Shown here one piece after another: positions 9,063-17,388 of a stretch of 64,000 bases of DNA. The translations under genes were made by a program, and so were the position numbers. The stretch is taken from positions 5,378 through 69,377 of the forward strand of contig JAHCRF010000001.1 in NCBI GenBank assembly GCA_020148055.1. Direction: 5' to 3'. This DNA is from Patescibacteria group bacterium (GTDB lineage Bacteria > Patescibacteriota > Minisyncoccia > Minisyncoccales > JAHCRE01). The notes beneath the pieces are model-generated. The model was not told the origin of the DNA. It saw only the letters and a list, made by a program, of their open reading frames with translations, and did not search any database. Every line of letters starts with the position of its first letter. Positions within the stretch are counted from its first letter, which is position 1.

Positions 9063-10193
9063 ATGAAATTAAAAATATTACAAAGTAAATTAAAAAAGGG
9101 ACTTAATATTGTTGAAAGGGTTTCTATAAAATCTTTAACTTTACCGATTCTTAATAATATCTTAATTAAAGCTGAAAAAAATTTTTTAAATCTTTCATCT
9201 ACTGACTTAGAAATAGGAATTAAATGGTGGGGTCTAGCAAAAATTGAAAAAGAGGGAGCAATTGTTATTCCGGCTAAAGTTTTTTCGAATTTTGTCGGAT
9301 TTTTACCTGAAGAACCAATAAATTTAAAAATTGAAAATCAAACTTTAATTATTGAATCAGAAAAATATAGTACCCAAATCAAAGGTTTTAATCCTGAAGA
9401 GTTTCCTATTATTCCACAAATTACCACAGGGGAATCTATTATTATTAATAGTCTCTCCTTTTGTCAGGGTTTAAATCAAGTTGTTCAAATACCTATTCTT
9501 TCTTCAGCTAGACCGGAAATCTCAGGAATTTATTTCTCATTTCAAAAAGATTTGATAAAAATAGTAGCTACTGATAGTTTTCGTTTAGGAGAAAAAAGAC
9601 TTTTTTTAAAAGAAGCCCTTCCTCTCCATCAAGAGTATTCCTTGATCTTACCTCAAAAAGCGGCTAAAGAAATAATCAATATTTTTAGCGAAAAAGAAGG
9701 GAAAATTAAAATTTACTTTTCAACTAATCAGATTTTATTTGAATCCTCTATAAGAGAGACCCCCCACCCTAAAATTCAACTCATCTCCAGATTAATTGAG
9801 GGTGAATATCCAGATTACCAAGCTATTTTTCCTAAAAAATCTGAAACCCAAATTATTCTGAAAAAAAATGAACTTTTAAATCAACTAAGAACAGCTAGCC
9901 TTTTTGCCTCTAAAATGAATGAGGTAAAATTAAAAACGGATATTAAAAAAGGAGAAATTGAAATTTTTAGTCAGAATCCTGATTTAGGAGAATATCATTC
10001 CTTTCTTTCTGGAAAAATAAACGGGAAAGAGGTGGAAGTCTCTTTTAATTATCGATTCTTAATTGATGGTCTTTTAAATATAAAAAGCTCAGAGGTGATT
10101 TTTGAGTTGAATGGAGAAGAAGGGCCATCCGTTTTAAAACCAGTTGCTGATCCAAGTTATGTTTATCTGGTTATGCCTATTAAGCCAAGTTAG
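9063..10193 (+). CDS. dnaN: DNA polymerase III beta sliding clamp
   Basis: 376-aa three-domain clamp immediately downstream of dnaA. Similarity is by length, context and overall pattern. Confidence 0.85.
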   Translation: MKLKILQSKLKKGLNIVERVSIKSLTLPILNNILIKAEKNFLNLSSTDLEIGIKWWGLAKIEKEGAIVIPAKVFSNFVGFLPEEPINLKIENQTLIIESEKYSTQIKGFNPEEFPIIPQITTGESIIINSLSFCQGLNQVVQIPILSSARPEISGIYFSFQKDLIKIVATDSFRLGEKRLFLKEALPLHQEYSLILPQKAAKEIINIFSEKEGKIKIYFSTNQILFESSIRETPHPKIQLISRLIEGEYPDYQAIFPKKSETQIILKKNELLNQLRTASLFASKMNEVKLKTDIKKGEIEIFSQNPDLGEYHSFLSGKINGKEVEVSFNYRFLIDGLLNIKSSEVIFELNGEEGPSVLKPVADPSYVYLVMPIKPS

Positions 10194-10197
10194 CTAA

Positions 10198-10537
10198 ATG
10201 TTCAAGAAAATAAAGGATATTTTAGGAAAAAGAATCGAATAATACAGTTTTAAAAATGAACTTTTAGCCATAAGAATTTTTGACCTCTGGAAAAAAGTAA
10301 TAAAGGAGAAGCCGTCTTTCAATAAAAAAGCCGGTTTTTTTGAAAACCCAGCCAATTTCATTTAGAAAAAGAATTTTATTTGTTAAAGTCCAAAATTCTA
10401 CTCTTGCTCAAGAATTAAAACTTTCCGAAACAGAGATAATAAAAAAGATTAACAATTCTCTTCCCAAATCATATTTTAAAAAAATCGTTTTTAAAATATT
10501 CAGCCCTACTAAAAATTTCTTCGCTCGAGGCGGATAA
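10198..10537 (+). pseudogene. dciA: dciA (DUF721) helicase-loader homologue, disrupted by an in-frame TAA and a frameshift
   Basis: Frame 1 from ATG 10198 reads MFKKIKDILGKRIE, then TAA, then YSFKNELLAIRIFDLWKKVIKEKP. The conserved C-terminal DUF721 motif KPVFLKTQPISFRKRILFVKVQNSTLAQELKLSETEIIKKINNSL continues in frame 2 (10304-10537). Both pieces match the DciA pattern W..ivG....P..l..g.L.V.v.s...AqeL. Confidence 0.5.
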
Positions 10538-10538
10538 A

Positions 10539-12494
10539 TTAATAAAGATCCTCTGAAAATTTTAACAAAGCCCGCTCCATAACCTGGTGGAAAATTGGTC
10601 CGGCTACCGATACTCCTGGTGCTTTTTCCATCGGAGAATTGTCATTATTCCCTGCCCAAACCCCAACCACGATTGAAGGGGTATAACCTATAGTCCAACC
10701 GTCTCTATAATTATCGGTTGTTCCGGTTTTAACAGAAACCTGAAATCCCTCAAAATAAAGGGAAGATCTCGGGCCAAACATTGGAGCCCGGGCCTCATTA
10801 TCAGATAAAATATCATTAATTAATCTACAAATTTCAGTTTCCAAGACTCTTTTTGGAATTTTTTTATTTTCCTCAATTATAGCACCTGTTGAATCTTCGA
10901 TTCTCAAAATAGCTGTCGGTGTAACTTTTAATCCTTCAGTAGCAAAAACTCCGTAGGCAGACACCATATCCAATAATTTTACTTCTTGACCACCTAAAAC
11001 TATTGAAGGATAATAAGGTGATTTTAGAGTAGTAATTCCAAGTTCTCTGGCCGTTTTAACCGAGTCTTCTAAACCAACCTTTATATCTCCTAATCCAGCT
11101 AAATCCCGAAGAACTTTAATTGAGGGGACATTTATCGATTGAGCCAGGGCCTCTCTGACGGTTACCTCTCCTCGAAATTTTTCATCATAATTTTGGGGAA
11201 TATACTCTTCACCGCCCCAAATTCCAAAATTCGTTTCTTCGTCCAAGACTTTATATTTGTCGTCATAGCCCTTTTTAAAAGCAGTGGCGTAAACAAAAGG
11301 TTTGAAAGCCGAACCCGGTTGTCTCCCCCTTAAACTAACATTGGGATAAGGTTCAAAAAGACAACTTTGTCCAGGAATATTGCTTCCAGAGGTGCAACCT
11401 TCAGGATAGGGATCTGAGAACCAATCTTTAGAACCAACCATGGCTAAGATTTCCCCGGTCTTCGGTGAAATGACAACTAAAGAGGCATTAAATGCTTGAT
11501 ATTTTTCATTGATTTTTGCCCTATCCTCAACTATTTCTTCAGCTAACTGTTGAAGTTCCCAATCCAAAGAAGTATAAACTCTCAACCCCTTTTCTTTTAA
11601 GAAATCTTGACTATAGCCTTTTTTTTCTAGATATTCTCTAACGTACATTACAAAATGAAGGGCTATTTCTGGGTAATTTTCGGCAAATTTTATTTCCTCT
11701 TCTTGGGCATTTTCTTTTTGTTCATTTGTAATATATCCTAAAAGTTCCATCCGATCCAAAATATAGTCTTTTCTAGTCAATAATTCATCCAGATGCTTTC
11801 CGAACACTGGAGAGAAATAACTTGGAGCTTTAATTAAAGAAGCTAAAAGGGCGGCTTCGGATAAAGAAATTTCAGAAACCGGTTTGTTAAAATAACTCTG
11901 ACTGACTTCTTCAACCCCGTAAAGATTAGGACCAAAAGGAACCTGGTTTAAGTACCATTCCAAAATCTGATCTTTAGAATATCTTCTATCTAATTCTAAG
12001 GTTAAAATAATCTCTCTAATTTTCCTCTCTAGAGTTTTTTCCTGGGTTAAAAAAGAAGAACGGATGAGTTGTTGAGGAATAGTTGAGCCGCCTTGCACTG
12101 GCTTGCGTACTTTTAGATTAGCCAAAAGAGCTCGGCCTATTGCTTTAGGGTCTATTCCAAAATGATGATAGAAATTAACATCTTCAGCAACAACCACCGC
12201 TTCTCTTAAATAGATAGGAATCTTTTCTAAAGGAACAATTTTTCTTTTCTCTTCACCATAAATCTCATATAAAAGAGTTTCCCCTGATCTGTCATAAATC
12301 TTAGTTGACTGAATAATCTCTCTTTCTAAAAATTTTTCTGGCCGAGGAAGATCTTTAGCATAATAAATAAATACAAAAAGACTGCCTAATAGTAAAATTA
12401 AGAAAAAAAAACCAAAGGTTTTTAAAACCAAAAAAAATCTTCTCCTTCTTCTCTTTTTTAAAAAAATATCTCGGTGATATCTCCTTTTTGGCAT
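10539..12494 (-). CDS. class A penicillin-binding protein (transglycosylase + transpeptidase)
   Basis: N-terminal TM; glycosyltransferase motif GGSTIPQQLIR; transpeptidase SAFKPF (SxxK) and KTGTT motifs. 651 aa. Confidence 0.9.
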   Translation of the reverse strand: MPKRRYHRDIFLKKRRRRRFFLVLKTFGFFFLILLLGSLFVFIYYAKDLPRPEKFLEREIIQSTKIYDRSGETLLYEIYGEEKRKIVPLEKIPIYLREAVVVAEDVNFYHHFGIDPKAIGRALLANLKVRKPVQGGSTIPQQLIRSSFLTQEKTLERKIREIILTLELDRRYSKDQILEWYLNQVPFGPNLYGVEEVSQSYFNKPVSEISLSEAALLASLIKAPSYFSPVFGKHLDELLTRKDYILDRMELLGYITNEQKENAQEEEIKFAENYPEIALHFVMYVREYLEKKGYSQDFLKEKGLRVYTSLDWELQQLAEEIVEDRAKINEKYQAFNASLVVISPKTGEILAMVGSKDWFSDPYPEGCTSGSNIPGQSCLFEPYPNVSLRGRQPGSAFKPFVYATAFKKGYDDKYKVLDEETNFGIWGGEEYIPQNYDEKFRGEVTVREALAQSINVPSIKVLRDLAGLGDIKVGLEDSVKTARELGITTLKSPYYPSIVLGGQEVKLLDMVSAYGVFATEGLKVTPTAILRIEDSTGAIIEENKKIPKRVLETEICRLINDILSDNEARAPMFGPRSSLYFEGFQVSVKTGTTDNYRDGWTIGYTPSIVVGVWAGNNDNSPMEKAPGVSVAGPIFHQVMERALLKFSEDLY

Positions 12495-12562
12495 AAAGCA
12501 CCTTCATTTTAGGAAATTTAATTAGAATTGGCAAGTCCGAATTTATTTGTTATGATAAAAAA

Positions 12563-13771
12563 ATGAAAATTGATGTCACTTCTGAAAAAATTAAAGAAGT
12601 TTTAACTAGAGGAGTAGAAAAAATTTACCCTGATTTTAAAATGTTAGAAAAAAGAATGATCTCTGGCGAGAAAATGAGATTATATTGCGGTTATGATCCG
12701 TCAGCTCCAACTTTGCATCTGGGACACTTAATCACATTAAAGAAATTAGCCCAGTTTCAAGAATTAGGTCACGAAGTTATTATGCTTATTGGAGATTTCA
12801 CTGGAATGATCGGTGACCCAACTGAAAGGCTAACTGTTAGGAGAAAATTAACAAGAAGAGAGGTCATCTCAAACTCCAAAAGTTACAAGAAATTGGCTAG
12901 TAAAATTCTAAAATTTACTGGAAAAAATCCGGCTAGAATTTTATATAATAGTCAATGGTTAGATAATCTAATCTTTTTAAAATTAATAGATTTAGCTTCA
13001 AATTTTACAGTTCAACAGATAGTTGTTAGAGATATGTTTCAAAAAAGAATAAAAAAGAAGCGACCAATTTATCTACATGAATTTTTATATCCTTTAGCTC
13101 AGGCTTATGATGGTTTGGCAATGGATGTTGATCTAGAAATTGGAGGAAAAGATCAAACCTTTAATATGCTTTGTGGGAGAGATTTAATGAAGGCTTTGAG
13201 AAAGAAAGAAAAATTTGTTTTGGCAACTAAATTGTTAGTTGACCCCACTGGTAAAAAAATGGGAAAGACCGAAGGGAAAATGATATCTTTGGATGAAAAT
13301 CCAATAGAAATCTATGGTAAGATTATGTCTTGGCCGGATAGTCTGATTTTGCCTGGCCTCGAACTCCTAACTAATCTGCCTTTAAAAAAAGTCAAAGAAA
13401 TTTCAAAAAAAATTCGAGGAAGAAAATTAAACCCTGCCGATGCTAAAGCCCAATTGGCTAGAGAGATTGTAGTTATTTGTCACAATAAAAGAGCGGTCCA
13501 GGTTGCTGAAAGAGAATTTAATAGAGTTTTCAAAAAGAAAAAATTGCCATCAAAAATTCTTGAAATTAAACTTAAGGAAAAAAAACTTAATATTCTTGGC
13601 TTGTTAACTAAAACAAAATTAGCCCGATCCCGATCAGCAGCTAAAAGATTAATCTTGCAAAAAGGGGTTAAAATTGATAATGCAGTTGAAAAGGATTGGC
13701 GGAAAGTTATCAAAGTAAAAAAAGGGATGATAGTTCAAGTAGGAAAAAGGAAATTTGTAAGACTGATTTAG
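12563..13771 (+). CDS. tyrS: tyrosyl-tRNA synthetase
   Basis: Class I HIGH motif (PTLHLGHL), KMSKS-type KMGKT, and a C-terminal S4 domain. 402 aa. Confidence 0.9.
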   Translation: MKIDVTSEKIKEVLTRGVEKIYPDFKMLEKRMISGEKMRLYCGYDPSAPTLHLGHLITLKKLAQFQELGHEVIMLIGDFTGMIGDPTERLTVRRKLTRREVISNSKSYKKLASKILKFTGKNPARILYNSQWLDNLIFLKLIDLASNFTVQQIVVRDMFQKRIKKKRPIYLHEFLYPLAQAYDGLAMDVDLEIGGKDQTFNMLCGRDLMKALRKKEKFVLATKLLVDPTGKKMGKTEGKMISLDENPIEIYGKIMSWPDSLILPGLELLTNLPLKKVKEISKKIRGRKLNPADAKAQLAREIVVICHNKRAVQVAEREFNRVFKKKKLPSKILEIKLKEKKLNILGLLTKTKLARSRSAAKRLILQKGVKIDNAVEKDWRKVIKVKKGMIVQVGKRKFVRLI

Positions 13772-13800
13772 TAAAAACCCCGATTTATCGGGGTTTTTAA
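13772..13800 (+). terminator. rho-independent terminator after tyrS
   Basis: AAAACCCCGATTTATCGGGGTTTTT hairpin plus T-run. Confidence 0.6.
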
Positions 13801-14130
13801 TTACTCAAATTCTTCTTCCAATTCTTCTTCTTCCAATTCTTCATCTTCCAATTCTTCATCTCCTTCTTGATTAATAAAAGGAATTAAAATTTCATCTTCT
13901 AAATAAGGCATATTTCTCAGATTTAACCCCCACCTCTTTTTTAATTTAAAGGTAGGTATTTATTTAATTTATTCAACGCCGACCTTTTGATTAAAACTAT
14001 TATAAAAAATCAAAAAGGCCTGTCAAGTTCCGAAGGCCTTTTTAAACTTTTTCTGAGAAATAGTAAATTAAGGTAATTACCAGAGCATCGGCGCCCCCCG
14101 CTAAAACAAAATTCAGTGGGGTAAACATCA

Positions 14131-14622
14131 TCAGATTTTTACAGAGTTTGTATAACAAATTGCTATTCCAAGGGCATCGGCTGCGTCATCGGGAGGAAGT
14201 TTTTTTAGATTGAGTAAAGCCTTGACCATCCTTTGGATCTGTTTTTTTTCCGCCCTACCATAGCCGGTTATAGCCATTTTGACTTGTAAAGGAGTGAATT
14301 CATAGACTGGGATTTTTTTCTTAGCAGCAGCAAGTAGAACCACGCCTTTGGCTTGGGCAACTGGCATAGCGGTTTTTAGGTTTTTAAAAAAATAAATTTT
14401 CTCGATAGCCAAAACTTCTGGCCGGTATTTCTTAATCAACTTATTTAGTTGATTGTGTATTTTTTTTAATCTTTCTCCTTCAGCTAAAGAGGGATTGGTT
14501 TTAATCAATCCATAATCCAAGCATTTCAACTTATTTTTACTTTTTTTCTTTCTCCTTTTAGTTTTTTTTATTATTCCGTAACCGGTAGTAGCCGTACCCG
14601 GATCAATGCCCAAGATTATCAT
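14131..14622 (-). CDS. ruvC: Holliday junction resolvase RuvC
   Basis: N-terminal MIILGIDPGTATTGYGII is the RuvC signature. 163 aa. Confidence 0.9.
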   Translation of the reverse strand: MIILGIDPGTATTGYGIIKKTKRRKKKSKNKLKCLDYGLIKTNPSLAEGERLKKIHNQLNKLIKKYRPEVLAIEKIYFFKNLKTAMPVAQAKGVVLLAAAKKKIPVYEFTPLQVKMAITGYGRAEKKQIQRMVKALLNLKKLPPDDAADALGIAICYTNSVKI

Positions 14623-14626
14623 GATT

Positions 14627-15361
14627 TTATTCTTTTAAATTTGAGTAAATTTCTTGAACCGCTTCATTGTCATCTAAAGCCGCAAAGAGCTTTTGACAGG
14701 CTATTTTATCTTTTTCTTCAGTTTCCAATTCCTTTTTAGCTACCCAATCTAAAGAAGTCGATTCTGTTTTAATTCCTTTATTTTCTAAAATTTTCTTAAT
14801 CTCTTCCAACCCTTCAGGTTTTGTATAAATATCTAAAACCTCATCATGCCAATAAATGTCTTCAGCTCCTGCCTCAATCGCTAATAATTCTAATTTTCCT
14901 TTATCTTTGAGATCTTCGATCTGTGATTTACAGTCTACAGTTATACAACCTTTTCTTTCAAACATCCATTTTACTGCGCCTGGGCTGACTAATTTTCCCT
15001 TATTCTGATTTAAAATTTGTTTAATTTCACTTAGGGTTCGATTTTTATTATCAGTGATTCCCTCGATAATAATAGCAATTTTACCTGGGCCATAGGCCTC
15101 AAAAAACACCTCTTCTAATGTCACTCCTTTCAGTTCTCCGGTTCCTCTTTTGATAGCTCTTTCAATATTTTCTTTTGGAATATTAAATTCCTTAGCTTTT
15201 TCGATAGCCAAGCGTAATTTAGGGTTGGTTTCAGGATCGCCACCTTTTTCCCTGGCGGCAACTGAAATCGTTCGAGAAAGTTTCGAAAAAATTTGACCTC
15301 GTTTTTTATCAGCAATTCCTTTTTTATGCTTTATCCGATGCCAATGACTGTGTCCAGACAT
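14627..15361 (-). CDS. yebC: YebC/PmpR-family probable transcriptional regulator
   Basis: Start MSGHSHWHRIKHKKG and the YebC family pattern throughout. 244 aa. Confidence 0.85.
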   Translation of the reverse strand: MSGHSHWHRIKHKKGIADKKRGQIFSKLSRTISVAAREKGGDPETNPKLRLAIEKAKEFNIPKENIERAIKRGTGELKGVTLEEVFFEAYGPGKIAIIIEGITDNKNRTLSEIKQILNQNKGKLVSPGAVKWMFERKGCITVDCKSQIEDLKDKGKLELLAIEAGAEDIYWHDEVLDIYTKPEGLEEIKKILENKGIKTESTSLDWVAKKELETEEKDKIACQKLFAALDDNEAVQEIYSNLKE

Positions 15362-15374
15362 GTTATATTATTTA

Positions 15375-15755
15375 CTACTTCTTTTTACATTTCAGACAAG
15401 TTCTGGCTTCAGGGTAAACTTTTAATCTTCTAATATTAATCAATTTTCCACATCTCTCACAAATTCCATATTTTCCTTTTTTCATTTTTTTCAGAGCTAA
15501 ATTAATGTTTCGGAGTTTAATTTCTAGAGTATATTCGATCGGTAAAAGGATGCTATATTCTTCAATTTCATCAGCCGCTTTCTCTAAAGCTGCTCCCCCG
15601 ATCTCTCCATTAAAAAGAGGAAAACGAGGATGCCTGCCTCCTTTTAGTTTTCTATCTTTTTCAGCAAACTTTTTTAACTCTTTTTCAATTGAGGTTTTTT
15701 CTTCTTTCAATTTCAATTTTAATTTCTGGAGAAGTTTTTGAGATATTTCAACCAT
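15375..15755 (-). CDS. DksA/TraR-family C4 zinc-finger protein
   Basis: C-terminal CERCGKLINIRRLKVYPEARTCLKC four-Cys finger preceded by a coiled-coil. Confidence 0.65.
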   Translation of the reverse strand: MVEISQKLLQKLKLKLKEEKTSIEKELKKFAEKDRKLKGGRHPRFPLFNGEIGGAALEKAADEIEEYSILLPIEYTLEIKLRNINLALKKMKKGKYGICERCGKLINIRRLKVYPEARTCLKCKKK

Positions 15756-15760
15756 ATTTG

Positions 15761-17368
15761 TTAAAATCTGCCTTTAAAGAACCAATACCATAAAAAGAAA
15801 ATAGTAGTCAGAATTACTAAAATTAATGTTAAAATTACCACTCGAGTCAAAAACTTTTCAAAAGGAGGAGGTTTTTGGGGAAGAGGTCGAATAATTAGCT
15901 CTTCGGCTTTTTCTGTTGGTTTTAAAATTTCCTCAGGTCTTTCTTTCGGTTTGGTTCTTAATTTCTCTAAAAATTTTTTTCTTTCTTCTTCACCTTTTTC
16001 AAAGACCTTCAATCTTTCTACTCCTTCCTTAGGTTTCTCTCTAATCCATGGAGGAACTGGTGGAGGTGGTGGCTTAGGATGCAGTGGTTTTTGAGCTGGA
16101 GGAGGCGGTGGGGGAGGAGGAGGTTTAGGCGGCGGTGATGGCGGCTTAGGCATTGGCGGTGGCGGTGGCGGTGGTTTTCTTGGCGGTGCTGGAGGGGGCG
16201 GTTTAGGTTTTTCTTCAATTGGAGGAGACGGTCTCACTGGCGGTGGTGGTGGTTTAGGTGTTGGAGGAAGTTTTTTTATGAGATTATCAATCTCTTCGAT
16301 TCTCTTCCTGAAAGATTTTTCTTCATCTAGTAAGGGTTGGTATTCCAGGGTAATTTCTCTTTCTTCTTCTTTTATTTTACTTTTTTCAATATTCAATTGC
16401 CATTTTCTCTCTTCAAACTGCTTTCTTTCTTCTTCAGCTTTCCACCTTTCCTTTTCTATTTTTCTTTTCTCAGCCAGATCAACAACTGTCTCTTCTTTTT
16501 TCTCAAGTTCGGCTATTCTTTGCTCGGCCCCTCTTTCTTTTATTAGAGTCTCGGCCAAATTTCTTCCAACCTCCTCTTTTCTTCCAGTAAGTTTTTCCAA
16601 TTTTATTCTGAAAGGTTCTCCTTCGGATAAAGTTGAAGAGAGTTCTTTTTCTAATGCTAACTTTTTTTCTTCTAACTCTGCTTCTCTCTCTCTTTCTGAG
16701 ATTTCCTGTCTCCTTTTTTTTAACTCCTTTATCTCTCTCAAAATTTTTTGAGATCCTAAATCAACCTCTTTTATTTTATTTTTGATTGTCTCGATTTCAT
16801 CTTCGGTTTTCCATCTCTCAGCTTCGATTTCCTTTCTCTTTTTCTCAATCCCCCATCTTTCTCGCTCAATCATTTGTTTTTCAGTAACAGAGACCACCTC
16901 TTTCTCTTTCTCTTCAATTTCTTTTTTCTTTTTCTCAATTTCTCTTTCCTTTCCTAAAATTGGTTCAAGATCTTTTTCGAGTCGGCTAATTTCTTCTAAA
17001 TATTGAACCTTCCTTTTTTCAAAAAACTCCCTTTGATCAGAAAGGTTAATAATCTTTTTTTCGATCTCAACCCTTTCTTTTTTAAGTTTTTGTTTTTCTT
17101 CCCTTTCTTCTTTTTCGAATCTAATTTTTTCTTTCTCCTCAGGTTTTCTTTCCTTTTCCCTCTCCTCCTCTAATCTATCCTCTTCTAAAATTCCAGCTCT
17201 TTTTTTCTCCTCAGCTATTCTCTTTTCAATTAATCTTTTCTTTTCTTCAATTTTCAAAGCAGCAATTTTTTCCCTTTCTCTTCGGGCTTCTTCCTCTCTT
17301 AATTTCTCGATATCTTTTTTCATTGTTTTAATTTCCTCTCTTTTGAAAAATTCTTTTTTTTCTGGCAT
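15761..17368 (-). CDS. tail-anchored Lys/Glu-rich coiled-coil protein with long polyproline tract
   Basis: About 400 aa of KE-rich heptads, then about 70 aa that are mostly proline (PPPPPPPMPKPPSPPPKPPPPPPPPP), then a single C-terminal TM helix. 535 aa, no enzymatic motif. Confidence 0.5.
   Translation of the reverse strand: MPEKKEFFKREEIKTMKKDIEKLREEEARREREKIAALKIEEKKRLIEKRIAEEKKRAGILEEDRLEEEREKERKPEEKEKIRFEKEEREEKQKLKKERVEIEKKIINLSDQREFFEKRKVQYLEEISRLEKDLEPILGKEREIEKKKKEIEEKEKEVVSVTEKQMIERERWGIEKKRKEIEAERWKTEDEIETIKNKIKEVDLGSQKILREIKELKKRRQEISEREREAELEEKKLALEKELSSTLSEGEPFRIKLEKLTGRKEEVGRNLAETLIKERGAEQRIAELEKKEETVVDLAEKRKIEKERWKAEEERKQFEERKWQLNIEKSKIKEEEREITLEYQPLLDEEKSFRKRIEEIDNLIKKLPPTPKPPPPPVRPSPPIEEKPKPPPPAPPRKPPPPPPPMPKPPSPPPKPPPPPPPPPAQKPLHPKPPPPPVPPWIREKPKEGVERLKVFEKGEEERKKFLEKLRTKPKERPEEILKPTEKAEELIIRPLPQKPPPFEKFLTRVVILTLILVILTTIFFLWYWFFKGRF
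16040..16260. repeat. GC-rich simple repeat (GGTGGCGGTGG-type) encoding the polyproline tract
   Basis: Runs of ggtgg/ggcgg on the plus strand, i.e. CCN codons on the minus strand. Confidence 0.6.
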
Positions 17369-17388
17369 ATTGTTTTTAAACCCCTCTT

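Noticed and set aside
16278-17006. Several Ser/Phe-rich plus-strand ORFs (157, 69 and 74 aa)
   Set aside because: They are antisense to the KE-rich coiled-coil gene. The low-complexity mirror-strand translation is an artefact.
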